Shown one piece after another: positions 38,279 through 52,063 of a stretch of 64,000 nt of DNA. A program made the position numbers and the translations under genes. Under the pieces are notes generated by a model. That model was given only the letters and a program-made list of their open reading frames with translations, was not told where the DNA came from and did no database searches. The stretch lies in contig NC_086097.1 in NCBI RefSeq assembly GCF_963921235.1, positions 31,250,001 through 31,314,000 of the forward strand, read 5' to 3'. Position 1 is the stretch's first letter, and the number at the start of each line of letters is the position of its first letter. This DNA is from Mobula hypostoma (taxonomy: Eukaryota).

Positions 38279-38502
38279 CTCACAAAAAGCTGGAGGAACA
38301 TGGCAGGTCAGGCAGCATCTATGGAGGGGAATAACAATCCACGTTATGGGCTGAGACCCTTCATCGTGACTGCTGAAGGGTCTCCGGCCAAAGCATCAAC
38401 CACTTATTCCCTTACACAGATGCTGCCCGACATGCTTAGTCCCGCCAGCTCTTTGTGTATGTTGCTCTGGATTTCCAGCATCTGCAGCATCACTTGAGTT
38501 TA
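38279..38502. mobile_element. Older palindromic PLE-terminus element
   Basis: Inverted arms with two decayed hammerheads back to back (about 38335-38400). TSD tgacaataa at 38269-38277 and 38503-38511. Confidence 0.75.
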
Positions 38503-39108
38503 TGACAATAAGTTGAATGTTGTTGTTGATTTATGTGGTCAGGTGTCTCTGGAGATGTTCCTGGACCAGCGGGCACTGCAGGGGCTAGAGTGCTCCCTGG
38601 GCTTCAGGGAGCACATTTTAATTCAAAATGTTGTAAATAAGGTCATTTTATTTAAGAAAAGGACTGAAAACTTAACACAAACACACAAAATGGTAGCCTC
38701 AGGAAATAAAGGCTAGAGAAAAGAGCACAATAAGGCAAAGTCTAAGTCACTTGGGTGGGGACCCTCCTCTGACAGAACACTGTAAACAAGTGTAAAATTC
38801 CATCCTGCCTGTGTACCACCCCACTCTTCCAACAGAACTCATTATTACTGTTAAACAATGCAAGACACTGTTATCCTCAAAAGGCTCCCTTCATTGCCCT
38901 TGAATGACCTAACTGGTATCCATTCTTTGATCAAACTACCAAGCTCTGCCAGAAGGCACGATCTGCAATGCAAAAAGCGACTTCACTATCAACTGCTCTT
39001 CACACTCTACAGACAAGGACTGAATCACAACAGAAACACAAATTAGGGCCAAGCGGGTACAATTAGTATGGAGCCTTTCATTTACAAGCGCGGTGATGAT
39101 TCCACATT

Positions 39109-39467
39109 CCACAAGAGATTCTGTGGATGCTCGAAATCCAGAGTAACACACACAAAGATTCTGGAGGAACTCAGCAGGTCAAGCAGTTTCTATGGATGGG
39201 AATAAACAGTTGACACTTCAAGCCGAGAGCCTTCATCAGGATTGGAAAGGAAGAGGGCAGAACCCAGAATAAGAATGTGGGGCTAACAAGCAGTAAAGCC
39301 AGCAGGTGACTAGTGAAACCAGGATAGGGGAGAAGGGAAAGGTAGGTGGGACAGAGCAGATGAACTGAAAGGCTGTGAGGTGATACCCTGGTTTGGTGTG
39401 GAATATGGGTGCAGGAGGTGGGAGTGGGTCCATTGTGTTGTAAGGTGGGCTTCATCTAATGAGGACC
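39109..39467 (-). mobile_element. Old PLE 3' terminus
   Basis: Terminal hairpin, decayed hammerhead (39208-39245) and purine-rich UTR on the plus strand. Similar solo termini lie at about 9690-9915, 10668-10755, 20187-20440, 28330-28475, 30790-30955, 40590-40865, 49128-49212, 49490-49580, 50520-51000, 51140-51215 and 62870-63240. Confidence 0.75.
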
Positions 39468-39637
39468 TGTGTTTGCCCCTAGCAAGCTGCTTTTGTTGAC
39501 TGTGCCCAAAGTAGATATATTTATTTGCTTGTTTAGTGCACAGTAGTCCCTTCTGGCCCTTCAAGCCACGATGCTCCAGCAACCCCACAACACTGACTGA
39601 CCCTAACCTAATCACACGACAATTTACAATGACCAAT

Positions 39638-40212
39638 GTTTGGCCACCAAGAAAGCACAACTCCCCAGTGGCTAAATATTTTAATTCTAATGCCTATTCC
39701 TTTTCTGACAGTTTGGTCCATGGCCTCCTCTTGTGCCACAATAAGGCCACCCTCAGGGTGAAGGAGCAATTCCTTATATTCTGTCAGGGTGCCCTCCAAC
39801 CTGATGCCGTGAATATCGATATCTCCATCCAGTAAAGAAAAACATCCCCTCACATCTTCTATTCCCTACTCTGGCCTCTTGCCTCTCCTCAGCTGCCTAT
39901 CACCTCCCCCAGGGTCCTCTCCTCCATCCCTTTCTCCTGTGGTCCACTCTCCTCTCCTATCAGATTCCTTCATCTCCAGCCCTTTACCTTTCCTACCCTC
40001 CTGGCTTCACCTATCACCTTCTGGCTACCCTCCTTCCCTTCCCCCCACCTTTTTATTCTAACACCTTCCATTCCAGGCCTGAAGAAAGATCTCAGCTCCA
40101 AACATTGACTGTTTATTCATTTCCATAGATGTTGCCTGACCTGTGGAGTTCCTCCAGAATTTTGTATGTGTGTTGCTTAGGATTTCCAGCATCTGCAAAA
40201 TTTCTTGTGTTT
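39638..40212 (+). mobile_element. Old 5'-truncated PLE 3' fragment (GIY-YIG end, UTR, decayed hammerhead) inserted in a SINE
   Basis: Translation PVAKYFNS...VHGLL...ATLRVKEQFLIF..GALQPDAVNID matches the PLE C-terminus. TSD atgaccaat at 39629-39637 and 40213-40221. Confidence 0.85.
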
Positions 40213-43200
40213 ATGACCAATTAACCTACCTGTTACATCATTGATCTGTGGGAGAAAACAGAAGCACCTGGGGGAAACCCACACATTCAACGGGGAGGAT
40301 GTACAATGAGTCCTTACAGAATGGTGCCGGAATTGAACTCTGAACTCTGGAATACTCTAAGCAGTAATAGTGTCATGGGAAAAAAATCCAAGTTTGTCCA
40401 ACATTTCCTTAAAACTAATGCTCTCTAAATCATGCAACATCCTGGTGAACCTTTTCTGCACCCTCTCCAAAGCTTCCGCATCCTCCCATAGTGGGATGAG
40501 TAGTACTGGATACAGCTGTAGCCTAACCAGAGTTTTATAAAGCTGCAACATAACTTCCTGGCCTAAGAGAGGTTACATATCCTGAAAATCTGAAGCAAGA
40601 CACATAAAATGCTGGAAGAATTCAGCTGGTCGGGCAGCACCTATGGAGAAATGGACATTTGATGTTTCAGGTCAAGACACTTCATAAGAATAAGGAAGAG
40701 GAGTGCAGCCAGTATAACAAGGTGGGAGGAAAGGGTGGGAGGAAAGGGTGGAGTACAAGCTGGCTGGTGATCAGTGGATCCAGGTGAGGTGAGGAAGATA
40801 GGCAGGTGAAGGGGGGGGGGGGAGGATGATGTAAGAAGCTGGGAGGTGACAGGTAGAAATGACAAAGTTCCCTTCCGTAAACATAATATTCTCCAGATGC
40901 TAGAAATCACGAGCAACAAACACAAAACGCAGGAGAAAATCAGAAGGTTAGGCAGGAAATTTTTACACGGCCTGAAAACTGTGTCGCATTTTAAATGTTT
41001 TTTTTCTGTATTATCCATACTATGAATATTTAGAATAAAAATTGAGAAATTACATACTTTTGATTTTATTTATTAATTGGAGGATATAATGAAATACAGT
41101 ACAACAAAAAAAACTTGCACGGTTTTGTAAGCTTTTCCTGTCTGTCTTTAGAATCAGAATCAGATGAAATATCAGCAGCACATATCATGAAATACATGAT
41201 AAAGAACTATAGAGAGAAAAAAACTGAGATACATTAAGTATATATATGTCTATTAAACTATTCCAGCTGTACGCCAAGGGCTATGTGTGTGGCTGTGCCA
41301 AAGGCACAGTTTAAAGGGAACACTGAATGCAGACTGCACTATATTGCTGCCTCTTACAACAATAAGTTTCACAACATAGGTCAGTGATAATAAACCTGCC
41401 TGAACAGTGAAAAGCTTATCTTGCATACTGTTCATACGGATCCATCGATTATTATTACTAATTCATCAACTATTGTTGTACACTTTGACCTCAATATTCA
41501 CTGTCTCTATACCAGGAATAGGCCAACGTACTTTGAACCAGACTTGTATACGTCACTTCACCAGAACATGGCATTACTTTTTATCTTATTATAGTTTAAA
41601 CTGTAAATTAGTTTATTGTTTTAATGTATCGAGCTACAGCGAAAAACCTGTCTTGCACACCATACTTACAGATCAAATCATTACATTAGTGTATTGAGGT
41701 AGTACGAGGGAAAACGATAACAGAATGCAGAATAAAGTGTTACAGTTATAGGGAAAGTGTTCTGCAGGTAGACAATAAGGTACAGGAACATAACAAGGTA
41801 GTGACACCACTTCTACCTTCATAGAAATTTGCTTAGATTTGGAATATCACCTAAAACTTTGACAAACTTCTATAGTTGAAGTTCCATCACAGACTGGTGT
41901 GGAAATACCAATGCCCAGGAATGGAAAAATCTATTAAAAATGCTGAATACAACCCAGTCCACCACAGGCAAAGCCCTCCCCGCCATTGAGCACATCTACA
42001 AGCTGCTACAAGACAGAAGCATCCATCATCAAGGACCCTCACCACCAGACCATGCTTTCTTCTCACTACTGCCATTGCAAAGCAGTACAGAAGCCGTATG
42101 TTTCATACCAATGGTTTCAGAAATAGTTATTACTCTTCAACCATCAGGCTCCTCAAGCAGAGTGGATAACTTCACTCATGTCAAATCTGAACTGATTTCA
42201 TAAACTATGAATGACTGTACAACTTTTGTTCTCAACATCATTTATTTATTTGTATTTGCACTGTCTCCTTTTTGCACATTGGTTGTTTGTCAGTCTCTGT
42301 ATGCAGTTTCTCAGTGATTCTATTGTATTTCTCTGTTCTTCTGTGAATGCCTGCAAGAAAATGAGTCTCAAGGTAGTTTATGGTAACATATGCGTATTTT
42401 GATAATAAATTTACTGTGAACTTTGTGGGATCAAGAGTCCATCTTATTATATTAGGGGTCTGTTCAAGAGTCTTCTAAGTGTACCTACAAAGCACCTTAG
42501 CAGTTCACGTAATGCTTTACTGCACCAGCTGTAAGATCGATATTCAATTCCCACTGCCATTTGTAAGGTGTTTGTACAGTCTCCCTGTGACCTTGTGGGT
42601 TTCCTCTGGGTGCTCTAGTTTGCTCCCACATTTCAAAGACGTACGGGTTAGGGTCAGTAAGTTGTGGGCATGCTACACTGGCGCCAAAGCGTGGTGTCAC
42701 TTGCAGCTGTCCCCAGCACAACCCTCCCACTCTGTTGGGTGTTGATGCAAATGACGCATTCCACTCCATGCTTCAATGTACAAGTGACAAAATAAAGCTA
42801 ATCTTTCATTTTCATCCTAAAACAGTCGGGTAGAAGCTGCCTTTATGTCTGGTGGCACGTGCTTCCAAGTTTGTGTCTCTTCGGCCCAGTGGGGAGGTGG
42901 GGAAAGAAGAGAAGAGGGAGGGACCTTGCCCCTTTCCCTCTAATCCCCATCCATCATTTGTAATTTCCGGGCACTGCAGTGCCTGGTTTCTCTTGTGCAT
43001 CCTATTGTCACCTTGTTACTGTCAACTTCAGTCATTCACAGCTTGATCAAACAGAGAGCAATGTTTATGCAAAAATCAAAAGCATTGCTTAAAATTTATA
43101 ATGCAAACAAACATAAGTCTCCCAATTGTGATGACAGCTATTTCAGAATGTTATAAATAAATGATCAGTGGAATTATATATTACTGTCAGTGAGAGACTC

Positions 43201-44534
43201 TTGTGGGTAGAAGCACTCTGGAGCATACTCACCACCCAGAATAAAAACAGCCTGAACTTTACCCTCCAGATTCCAAGCAAAGAGACTGAACTGAACTCTG
43301 GAAGCAACTTCAAACTATGTTCAGCATTGGTTTCAGCGATGGCCCACCATGATCTTCTCAAGGTATTGAAATTCTAGGTTGTGCTTGTGAGGGAGTGAAA
43401 GGTCCATCAAATATTAAATGTAAGAAACATCAGCAGAATGGGCTCCTTCTGTTTGCAATTATCTGACTGATCCATTGTAAAAGGCAGACTAATTAGGGTA
43501 GGACAGTAGAGTAGCAGTTAACATAATGCTACTACAGCACCACAGACACGGGCTTCCTCTGGGTGCTTTGGTTTCTTCCCATGTCCGAGAAATACACAGG
43601 TTAAGAGGTTAATTGGTCACTTGGGTGTAATTAGGCAGCACGGGATTGTTGGGCTGGAAGGGCCTGTTACTGTGCTGTGTCGCTAAATAAAAATAATTAT
43701 TTTACTGAGTCTGATAATATATGGTTTTGGTTAAGATGGCATTACCGAACATGTGCAACAGCTTCTGGTAGTCAAAAAGATTAAGAAATCAGACTAAAAG
43801 CAGCACTAAAACACATGTTCTGTGGGAAATTGTGTTAAATTATTGTTGCAAACAGTGAAGGGGCAAATGATGGCAAGGCAAGTTGGTGTGCTGCAGATGG
43901 AGTTCTGATGCCTGTACAGCTGGCATGGGAGAGAGGTTGGATCTCTCTGGGCTCCAAAAGGAGAAGTCAGGGTTCAGACAGAGAAGTTCCAATGCTCATT
44001 CAACTGGCCCGGGTGCTACTTATAGTCTCAAAGTTCAAACAAAGCGTTGTTTTAAAAGTGATTCAAAAACTTTCAGATGGTCCCTTTCAAAAAAAGATGT
44101 GTGCAGTCCTCTTTGGACCTAATACCCAGGTGACACCAGTGACAGGGCAGAAATAAACCAGGTAATGACATTGCAGCAAATATAACAGGTGTAAACCACA
44201 GGTTCCACTGAGAGTTGCACACAGCAGCACTGCTTTCTCAGGGCTACTGGGTGGACAATGAATGCCAAGCTTACCAGAGATGTCCACATTCTCAAATGTG
44301 AAAGTCTTCTTAGAACACAGAACAGGACAGTGCAGACCCTTCAGCCCACAATGCATGGCGACACTTAAACCTACTCCGATATTAATATAACGCTTCTCTC
44401 CTACATAGTCCTCCATTTTTCTTTCATCCATGTGTCTATCTAGGAATCTCTTAAATATCCCTAACACATCTGCCCCTACTACCATCACTAGAAGTGCATT
44501 CCACACACCCACCACTCTCTGTAAAATACATACC

Positions 44535-45650
44535 ATAAGACCATAAAATATAGGAGCAGAATTTGGCCATTTGGTCCATCGAGTCTGTTCTGCCATTTCA
44601 TCATGGCTGATCCAACTTTCCTCACAGCCCCAATCTCCTGCCTTTTCCCTGTATCTCTTCATGCCCTGACCAATCAAGAATCTATCAACCTCTACCTTAA
44701 ATATACATAAAGACCTGGCATGCACAGCTGCCTATGGCAAAGAATTCCACAGATTCACCACTCTCTGGCTAAAGAAATTCCTCCTCACCTCCATTTTAAA
44801 AGGATGCCCCTCTATTCTGAGGCTGTGTCCCACTATAGGAAACATCCTCTCCACATCCACTCTATCAAGGTCTTTCACCATTCAATAGGTTTCAATTAGG
44901 TCACCCCTCATTCTTCTGAATTCTAGAGAATACAAACCCCAGAACCATCAAACGCTCTTCATATGACAAGCCATTCAATCCTGGAATCATTTTTGTGAAT
45001 CTCCTTTGAAACCTCTCCAGTTTCAGCGCACACTTTCTCAAATAAGGGCCCAAAACTGCTCACAATACTCCAAGTGAGGCCTCACCAGTGCTTTATGAAG
45101 TCTCAACATTACATCCTTGCTTTTATATTGCAGTCTCTTCAAAAGAATGCTAATATTGCACCTGCCTTCCTCATCACCAGCTCAATCTGCAAATTAACCT
45201 TAAGGAAATCCTACACAAGGACTCCCAAGTCCTTTTGTGCCTTAGTTTTTTGTATTTTCTCACCATTTAGAAAATAGTCTACCCTTTTATTTCTTCTGCC
45301 AAAGTGCATGACTGTACACTTTCTGACACTGTATTCCATCTGCCACTTCTTTACCCATTCTCCTAATCTATCTAAGTCCTTCCATAGCCTCTCTATTTCC
45401 TCAATACCACCTGCTCCTCCACCCATCTTCATATTGTCTGCAAACACTGCAACAAAGCCATCAATTTCATCCTCCAAATCATTGACATGACGTAAAAAGA
45501 AATGGTTCCAATAAAGACCCTTGTGGAACACCACTAGTCACTGACTCCTTTTTATTCTTATTCTTTGCCTCCTGCCAATCAGCCACTGCTTTATCCATGC
45601 TAGAATCCTTCCTGTAATACCATGGGCTCATAGCTTGTTAAGCAGCCTCT
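44535..45650 (-). mobile_element. CR1 LINE 3' portion
   Basis: VFADNMKMGG...DLDRLGEWVKKWQMEY..KCTVMHFG; tail repeat accataagaccata. Further CR1 tails at about 2150-2690, 2755-3185, 5555-6530, 8140-8305, 9112-9690, 14215-14475, 21480-21780, 22212-22565, 40375-40560 and 44310-44522. Confidence 0.85.
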
Positions 45651-46021
45651 GACATTTCCCTCTCCCTCCCCACCCCCATACTTTCCTCCAATCGTCTTAA
45701 AGTTATGCACCCTCACATTAGTTATTTCTGTCCTGGGAAAAAGTCCCAGGCTGTCAAAGACATCACTGTTGCTGGTAGAATCACAGATGGTGATGAAGAA
45801 GCTTACAGAAGCAATGTAGATGGCTGGTTGAGAAGAGTCACAACAATTTCACACTCAATGTCAGCAAGACCAAGGAAATGATTGTTGACTCCAGGATGGA
45901 GAAGTCAGGAGAACACACACCAGACCTTCAGACCTTATTGAGGGATCAGCAATGGAAAAAGTGAGCGGTTTTAAGAGGATCTATCCTATGTCCAACACAT
46001 CAATGCAATCATGAAGAAGAC

Positions 46022-46426
46022 TAACACTTTTTCAATGATCGATGGCGTTTCACCTCTTTCCAATTGCTTTATTACTTCCACTTTATTTTCAATCGTGATC
46101 GTTTTCCACCAACGGAACAGAACACTGCAGATTCAGCAGCAGCCGTGGGCGGCTGGTCCTAAAGTCCACCTGCACTGAGACAGGTTAAATGGGACAAGTG
46201 GGGGCGGTGCTGACTGGAAAAGTGGGGGGGGGGGGTCAGGGTGAATCTTGCTCAGAAAACTTCAAGCCAAATACAAAGTTACACACTCAATCCAATATTA
46301 ATGGCAACATGATCCGACTTAAAATGGCGGACAGCGACAAATTTTTAATATAATAGGCTTTATGGCAGGCCATTCATAAGTACGAGTTGTTCGTAAGTCT
46401 GATATTCGTAACTCGGGGACTGCCTG
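46022..46426. mobile_element. pogo/Tigger-type DNA transposon end
   Basis: Ends ttcgtaactcggggactgcctg + TA, a Tigger-type TIR. The other end is missing. Confidence 0.7.
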
Positions 46427-49400
46427 TATTTATTTTTGTAATTTATGTCTTTGCACCATAAAACAAATCTCACACGATATTTCAGTGATGATAAATCTGA
46501 TTCTAAGTCAAATGGGTAGAAATGCATTCAAAATAAAAAATAAGGAGTTGGTGGGGTTGTAAGTAAAAGCAACTTGTTTCACTGCCAACTAGCACATCAG
46601 AGTTGAGAAGACCGAGTTACCAGCACTCCCACTCTGGCAGGCAAATGGCTACAGTCCAAAAATGGCCTCAGATTTCCCAAGCAAACATAGCAAGCCTGTA
46701 CAGAGCTTGTTCATGATCTGTACTCCTACAAAGAGTGTATGCACAGACTGTGCTGAGGTAGGAGAGAGTAAATAGGCTTGCAAGATACTGCAGAGGGTTG
46801 TGGACACAGCTCAACACAAAAAGCAGCCTCCTCTCCATGGACTCTGTCAACACTTTTCGCTGCCTCAGTAAAGTAGCCAACATAATCAAAGACCCCACAC
46901 ACCCCGGACATTCACTGTTCTAAACCTTCCCATCAAAAGCCTGAAAGCACATAGCACAAGGCTCAAGGTCAGCTTTTTTGATTCTGCTCTTATAAGACTA
47001 CTGAAGGGTCCTGTATAACATAATTAGATGCTCTCCTGACCTCACAGTTTGCCCACCATGGTCGTGCAGCTTCTTGCATACCTGCACTCAACTTTCGCTG
47101 CAACCATAACATTTACATTCTGTTACTGTTTTCCCTTGCACTACCGAAACACACTGATGTGATAAAATGACCTGTATGGATGGCACGCAAAACAAAAATT
47201 TTTCACTGTACGTTGGTACATGTGATAAAAATAAACTAATTTACCAGAATGTGAAGAAACACACACACACACACATTCATGTGCACAAGAAGTCTTTGTT
47301 CCAAAAGTGTACGACACCAACCGGAACGAAGTAAAATTACTGGCTAATCCTAGCAGCAAAAAGCAGTGCAACCATGATCACTTTAAAATCTTGTTTGAGT
47401 ACAAAGTTCGAAGTAAATTTATTATCAAAGTATGTGTCATGATATATTACCCTGAGATTAATTTGTGGAATCAGTTCGGAGTTGAGATGAGTGAAGTTAT
47501 CCACCCTAGTTTAGAAGCCTGATGGAGGGCTTATTACCATGAATATCATAACCAGCTAATCACCGTGCCAATACGAGCCACAGCCGGGAGGGAGACTGCT
47601 CCGATGGTTCAGTATCACTTAGAAAGTACACTAAACATCTGTGCAGACATAAAAGGGAATCAATTCTCAGCTTCTAAATGGAGCCTCCAGGAAGGAAAAA
47701 TTGTGTTGAGAATAACACCTTTACACGCAAGTCCAAGATAAGCCTTTCCTCAGACTACATTGAGAATTTGTCTCCAAGGAACGTTTTAATTGCTTTGAAA
47801 GTTATTTATTGTTCATTACCTCGGAGGTTAAACGTACCACCAAGTTGGATAGACACCAAAAATGAAAGGAAAATCACCCTGTTCTCTGTCCTCCACCTAC
47901 TGCTTTGTAACTCTCAAACTCCCAAAGGTGGTTAGGCCACATCTGTAGTACAAAATTCAATTCTGGTCGCCCCATGTGTCGAGGCTTTGAAGAGAACACA
48001 GGGGAGGTGTGCCTGGATGAGAGGGGTTAGGCTCAATGGAGATGTGCAGAGCAAGTTTATTTTTACACAATAATAAATTTAATTTGAACTGATAGTCCTC
48101 CTCATAATTCTCCAAGCTCTCTGAAAACAAGTAGTATGCATCGTATCGCAACTTTAGGACACAACGTACTGTGAGCTTCACTATCAGAGGAACATTCAAC
48201 TACGCAAGCCCTTTCCACCATTGAGTTACATCAGCATTGAATTAAATATCACTTTATTGCCTCAGCTCCAAGCCATAGATATGCTGAAAAAAATCTAACC
48301 ATTATATGTTTTAAAGCTCTAATTACCACCAATATCATGGCATCCACTGGCTCACTGGTGCCAGACACTAACTCTGTAGGGCTGGTGTGCACCCTCAATA
48401 CTTTATTTATTATTAGAGTCAGAGTTTAAATAAAGAACCCTTGGGTCATCAGCTCTCCTGCCTTTGCACACAAATAAGTTAAAATTTGTGTTAAAGCCCA
48501 TGAATTATTTAAGTTTGTAAATAGATGATAATTGATTATGTGTTCATGCTAAATAACATTATTTAACACTATCTCATCCTCAATGGGCCAAATGGCCTAC
48601 TTCAGGTCCCTTGTCTTATGGTTATCGACAAACCTGTGTAAATGCCTTGAAAAGAGATATGAAAGGTTGAAAAGGATATGGGCCAAACACTGCCAAATGG
48701 GATGAGCTTAGATGGGCATCTTTGTCAGTCTGGAACAGCTGGGCCAAAGGGCCTGCTTCTACGCTGTATGACTTTGTCTAAATTTCAAGTATTTTGGCTG
48801 ACAGTCAAAACTAACATTGTTATGAAAATATAAACTTGAATGCCCTGTATTCATATTTTAGAAAACACAGTCTATTTTTAAATTTTAAAAAAGTACTCCT
48901 AGCCTTTTGAAAAACAATGTTCTGTATTCGCAGGAGCCTCAGCAAGAAATGAAATCCTGATTTTGTTATTAGCTACCCTGCTCTGATTTTATGATTAGCC
49001 TGGATTTTGAGGTCAGTGGTGAAGTCATCATACTTTCCACTGACCTTAAAAAGAAAGCTAGCACAGTGATCCAGCCACATCTGGGGGGTGGATACTCCCC
49101 TGCTCCCAAGCGTCAGTTTGAATGGATAAACACAAGAGATTCTGCAGGTGCAAATCCAGAGCAACAAACAGAAAATGCTGGAAGAACTCAGCAGGTCAGG
49201 CAGCATCTATGGACGGCTGGCATTTTAAACCAAGATCCAAATGTAAATGGATCTCTAGTGTCCAGTAAAAGTGATGTTGTCAATCAGAAATCTCAGACAG
49301 CAATTTGGGAACTTTAAAAGTTTTTTTAAAATATTTTGAGTAAAATATTGAAACAAAGTAACAGGATTAACATAGAAGCTGAAACATAAATAAATTTCCT

Positions 49401-49861
49401 CATATTTGTTTAATTTTAAAACGCATAGAATTCCAATGTAATTGCTTGCATGTTATTATACAGAGAAAAATTCTTTCTCCCCCACTCCAAATATTGACAA
49501 TTTCTTTCCTCCCACAGATGCTACTCAACCCACTGAGTTCCTGCAGTAGATTGTTGCTGCTCCAGATTCCATTGTCTGCACTCTCTTGCACCTCCAACTT
49601 CTCCCTTGTATCATCTTTATCATTTCAATCAGATCAAACCACAGCCAAGTTTTCACACTCAAGGAATTAAAGCAAACTTTACATAATTAGTTCTCACAAT
49701 TTAATGCTTTAACCTAACTACGACTCTGTGCAACCCTAACTCTTCTGAACCAACTCCCATATTTTTCACTCCAGATGACATGAAGGCCACATTCCAATAA
49801 CCTCTCTCACTTTGAGCAGCAATTTCTCTAAATGGCAGTAATCACCCCCTGCTCCCTTCCT

Positions 49862-50515
49862 TTTTTATATATTATTTATTTATTGCTTAGCATAACAAAA
49901 CTTTCAATTTCCAGATACACTTACATTTACATTTCTTCCCCTCACAGATATCAGGCTTCAGAACACTTCCATCAAAATATAGACATCACCACAACATCCT
50001 ATACAAAAGCCCTTATTAGTATAGCAGACAGGTTTACATCTACATACTGCAGAAAAGGTTGCCATGTTTTATGAAAACTATTTGTTTTTGAGTGTACCAT
50101 ACATGTCAAAAAGTCCGAAGAAATGATTAATTTATGCCAACCAAAAAGTCCAGGGGCCTCACTGAATATCCAACAAAGTAAAATGTTCTTCCTCGCACAA
50201 AAAGTTTTTTCTGATGTGCATTAATAATATGACTGCTGGGTAAGCCTAAGAGAAAAGATACTGGGTCCAGTTCAAGCTTTATCTTCAGAATCTTTTCCAT
50301 TTTACCCAAAATATAATTCCAGTATGCCTGAAGTTTGGGACAAGTCCAAAAACAGTGGGTGAAAGTTCCAGTATTTACTTTACATTTAGAACACATTGGA
50401 GATAATGCAAAGAAGATTTCAGTTTGTAATAGAGCTAAAGCATTGCAACTCAAAATTCTGCATAGAGCCCATCTGTCTCCAGATTGTCTCTCAAAATTTA
50501 AGATGGGGGTTTCTA
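49862..50515 (-). mobile_element. L1 3' fragment with 5' inversion (twin priming)
   Basis: Minus strand gives SPMCSKCK...FTHCFWTCPKL (CCHC) running to an A-rich tail near 49862. The upstream part (QLKILHRAHLSP...KMGVS) lies inverted at about 50403-50514. Degenerate TSD ctgctc(c/g)cttc. Confidence 0.75.
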
Positions 50516-51215
50516 CTGCTCGCTTCTTTATTTTCCCTTATCCCACTGGCCACAACAGCTCACCTCTTTCCCCTCTCATTCAATCTGCTCATCACCCACA
50601 CATTCCTACCTCTAGTTCAGATTCAGATTCATTGATTTATCATCGAAACTTACAGTGAAATGCATTGTTTACCCTCACTTCCTTCATCTTTTTCCATGGT
50701 CCACCATCATCTCCTATCAAATTCCATTATCAGCCATTTGTCAATTCCACCTATCATCTCCCAACTCCTCACATCATTCCCAACTCTTCCCCCACCTGCC
50801 CATCACCCACTCCCCACCTCACCTGGATCCACCTATCACCCACCAGCTCTTAACCCACCTCTTATCCCCACCTTTTATTCCAGGTATCTTTCTTTCCAGT
50901 CCAGGTGAAGGATCTTGATGCAAAACATTGACTGTTTATTCCCCTCCACAGATGCTGCCTGATCTGCTGAGTTCCTCCAGCACTCTGGGTGTTGCTCCAG
51001 AACACACCATCAGCTCCTGACGATTGGCTTTGCTACAGATTTGCCATAAAGCTAATCTTCAGAGAAAACACACATGTGCAAATACATGCTAAGATTCAAG
51101 TGCTGTGGTTACATTATAAAAAACACAAATGTGTTATACAACACACACAAAATGCTGGAAGAACTCGGGCAGCAACTTTGGTGGAAAATAAACAGTCAAT
51201 GTTTCAGGCCAATAT

Positions 51216-51525
51216 AGGCATCCGTTAGTCTCATGAGACCATGGATTTGCGCCTTGGAAGGTTTCCAGGGCGCAGGCCTGGGCAAGGCTGTATGGAAGAC
51301 GAGCAGTTGCCCATGCTGCAAGTCTCCCCTCTCCACGCCACCGATGTTGTCCAAGGGAAGGGCATTAGGACCCATACAGCTTGGCACCAGTGTCGTCGCT
51401 GAGCAATGTGTGGTTAAGTGCCTTGCTCAAGGACACACACGCTGCCTCAGCCAAGGCTCGAACTAGCGACCTTCAAATCACCAGACGAACGCCTTAACCA
51501 CTTGGCCATATGCCAACACTTCATA
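51216..51525 (-). mobile_element. Young tRNA-derived SINE with CORE/Mermaid-like body and probable RTE-type tail
   Basis: Minus-strand head tggccaagtggttaaggc...gttcgagcc and body gtgtccttgagcaaggcacttaacc. CpG-rich. 11-bp TSD caggccaatat at 51205-51215 and 51526-51536. Confidence 0.8.
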
Positions 51526-52063
51526 CAGGCCAATATCCTCTGCTATACAGGGGGTTTTAAGCTAGGAAAATCCTTCAAGCAGTGTCAAAGGAAAATACAA
51601 AGATTTTGATAACCAAACGTGCACAATAGCAGATGAACAAAACCTTGGTTAAAGAACAAACTCTTAAATAATTTTATAAACCTTTATACCTATGCTCTAC
51701 GGAATAAAGATCTAGCCTGGCTAATCTCTTCCTGTAACTCGGTCCCTCGAGTCCTGGCAGCATCCTCATAAATCTCTGCACTCTATCCAGTTTAAACAGA
51801 TCTTTCTTGTAACAGGGCAACCAAAACTGTGCACAGTACTTCGTGGGGAGTACCAGTTATAGGTAATCTATTTATGAAGCATTCTTTGGACATGTGATAG
51901 GTGAGTTATAGCACAAAGAACACTACAGAACTGTACAGACTTTTCAGCTCATCATGTTGTACCAATCATATAACCCATTCTGAGATCCCTTTTCCCCCCA
52001 CACAGTCCTCCACTTTTCTATTATCCATGTGTCTATCTAAGAGTTTCTTAAATGTCCCTAATG

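Noticed and set aside
44087..44725. 212-aa ORF
   Set aside because: A chance read-through across two adjacent CR1 tails and a SINE remnant.
47957..48121. Minus-strand acceptor ttgttttcag followed by SLENYEEDYQFKL... as a terminal exon
   Set aside because: No recognisable homology and no linked upstream exon, so support is insufficient.
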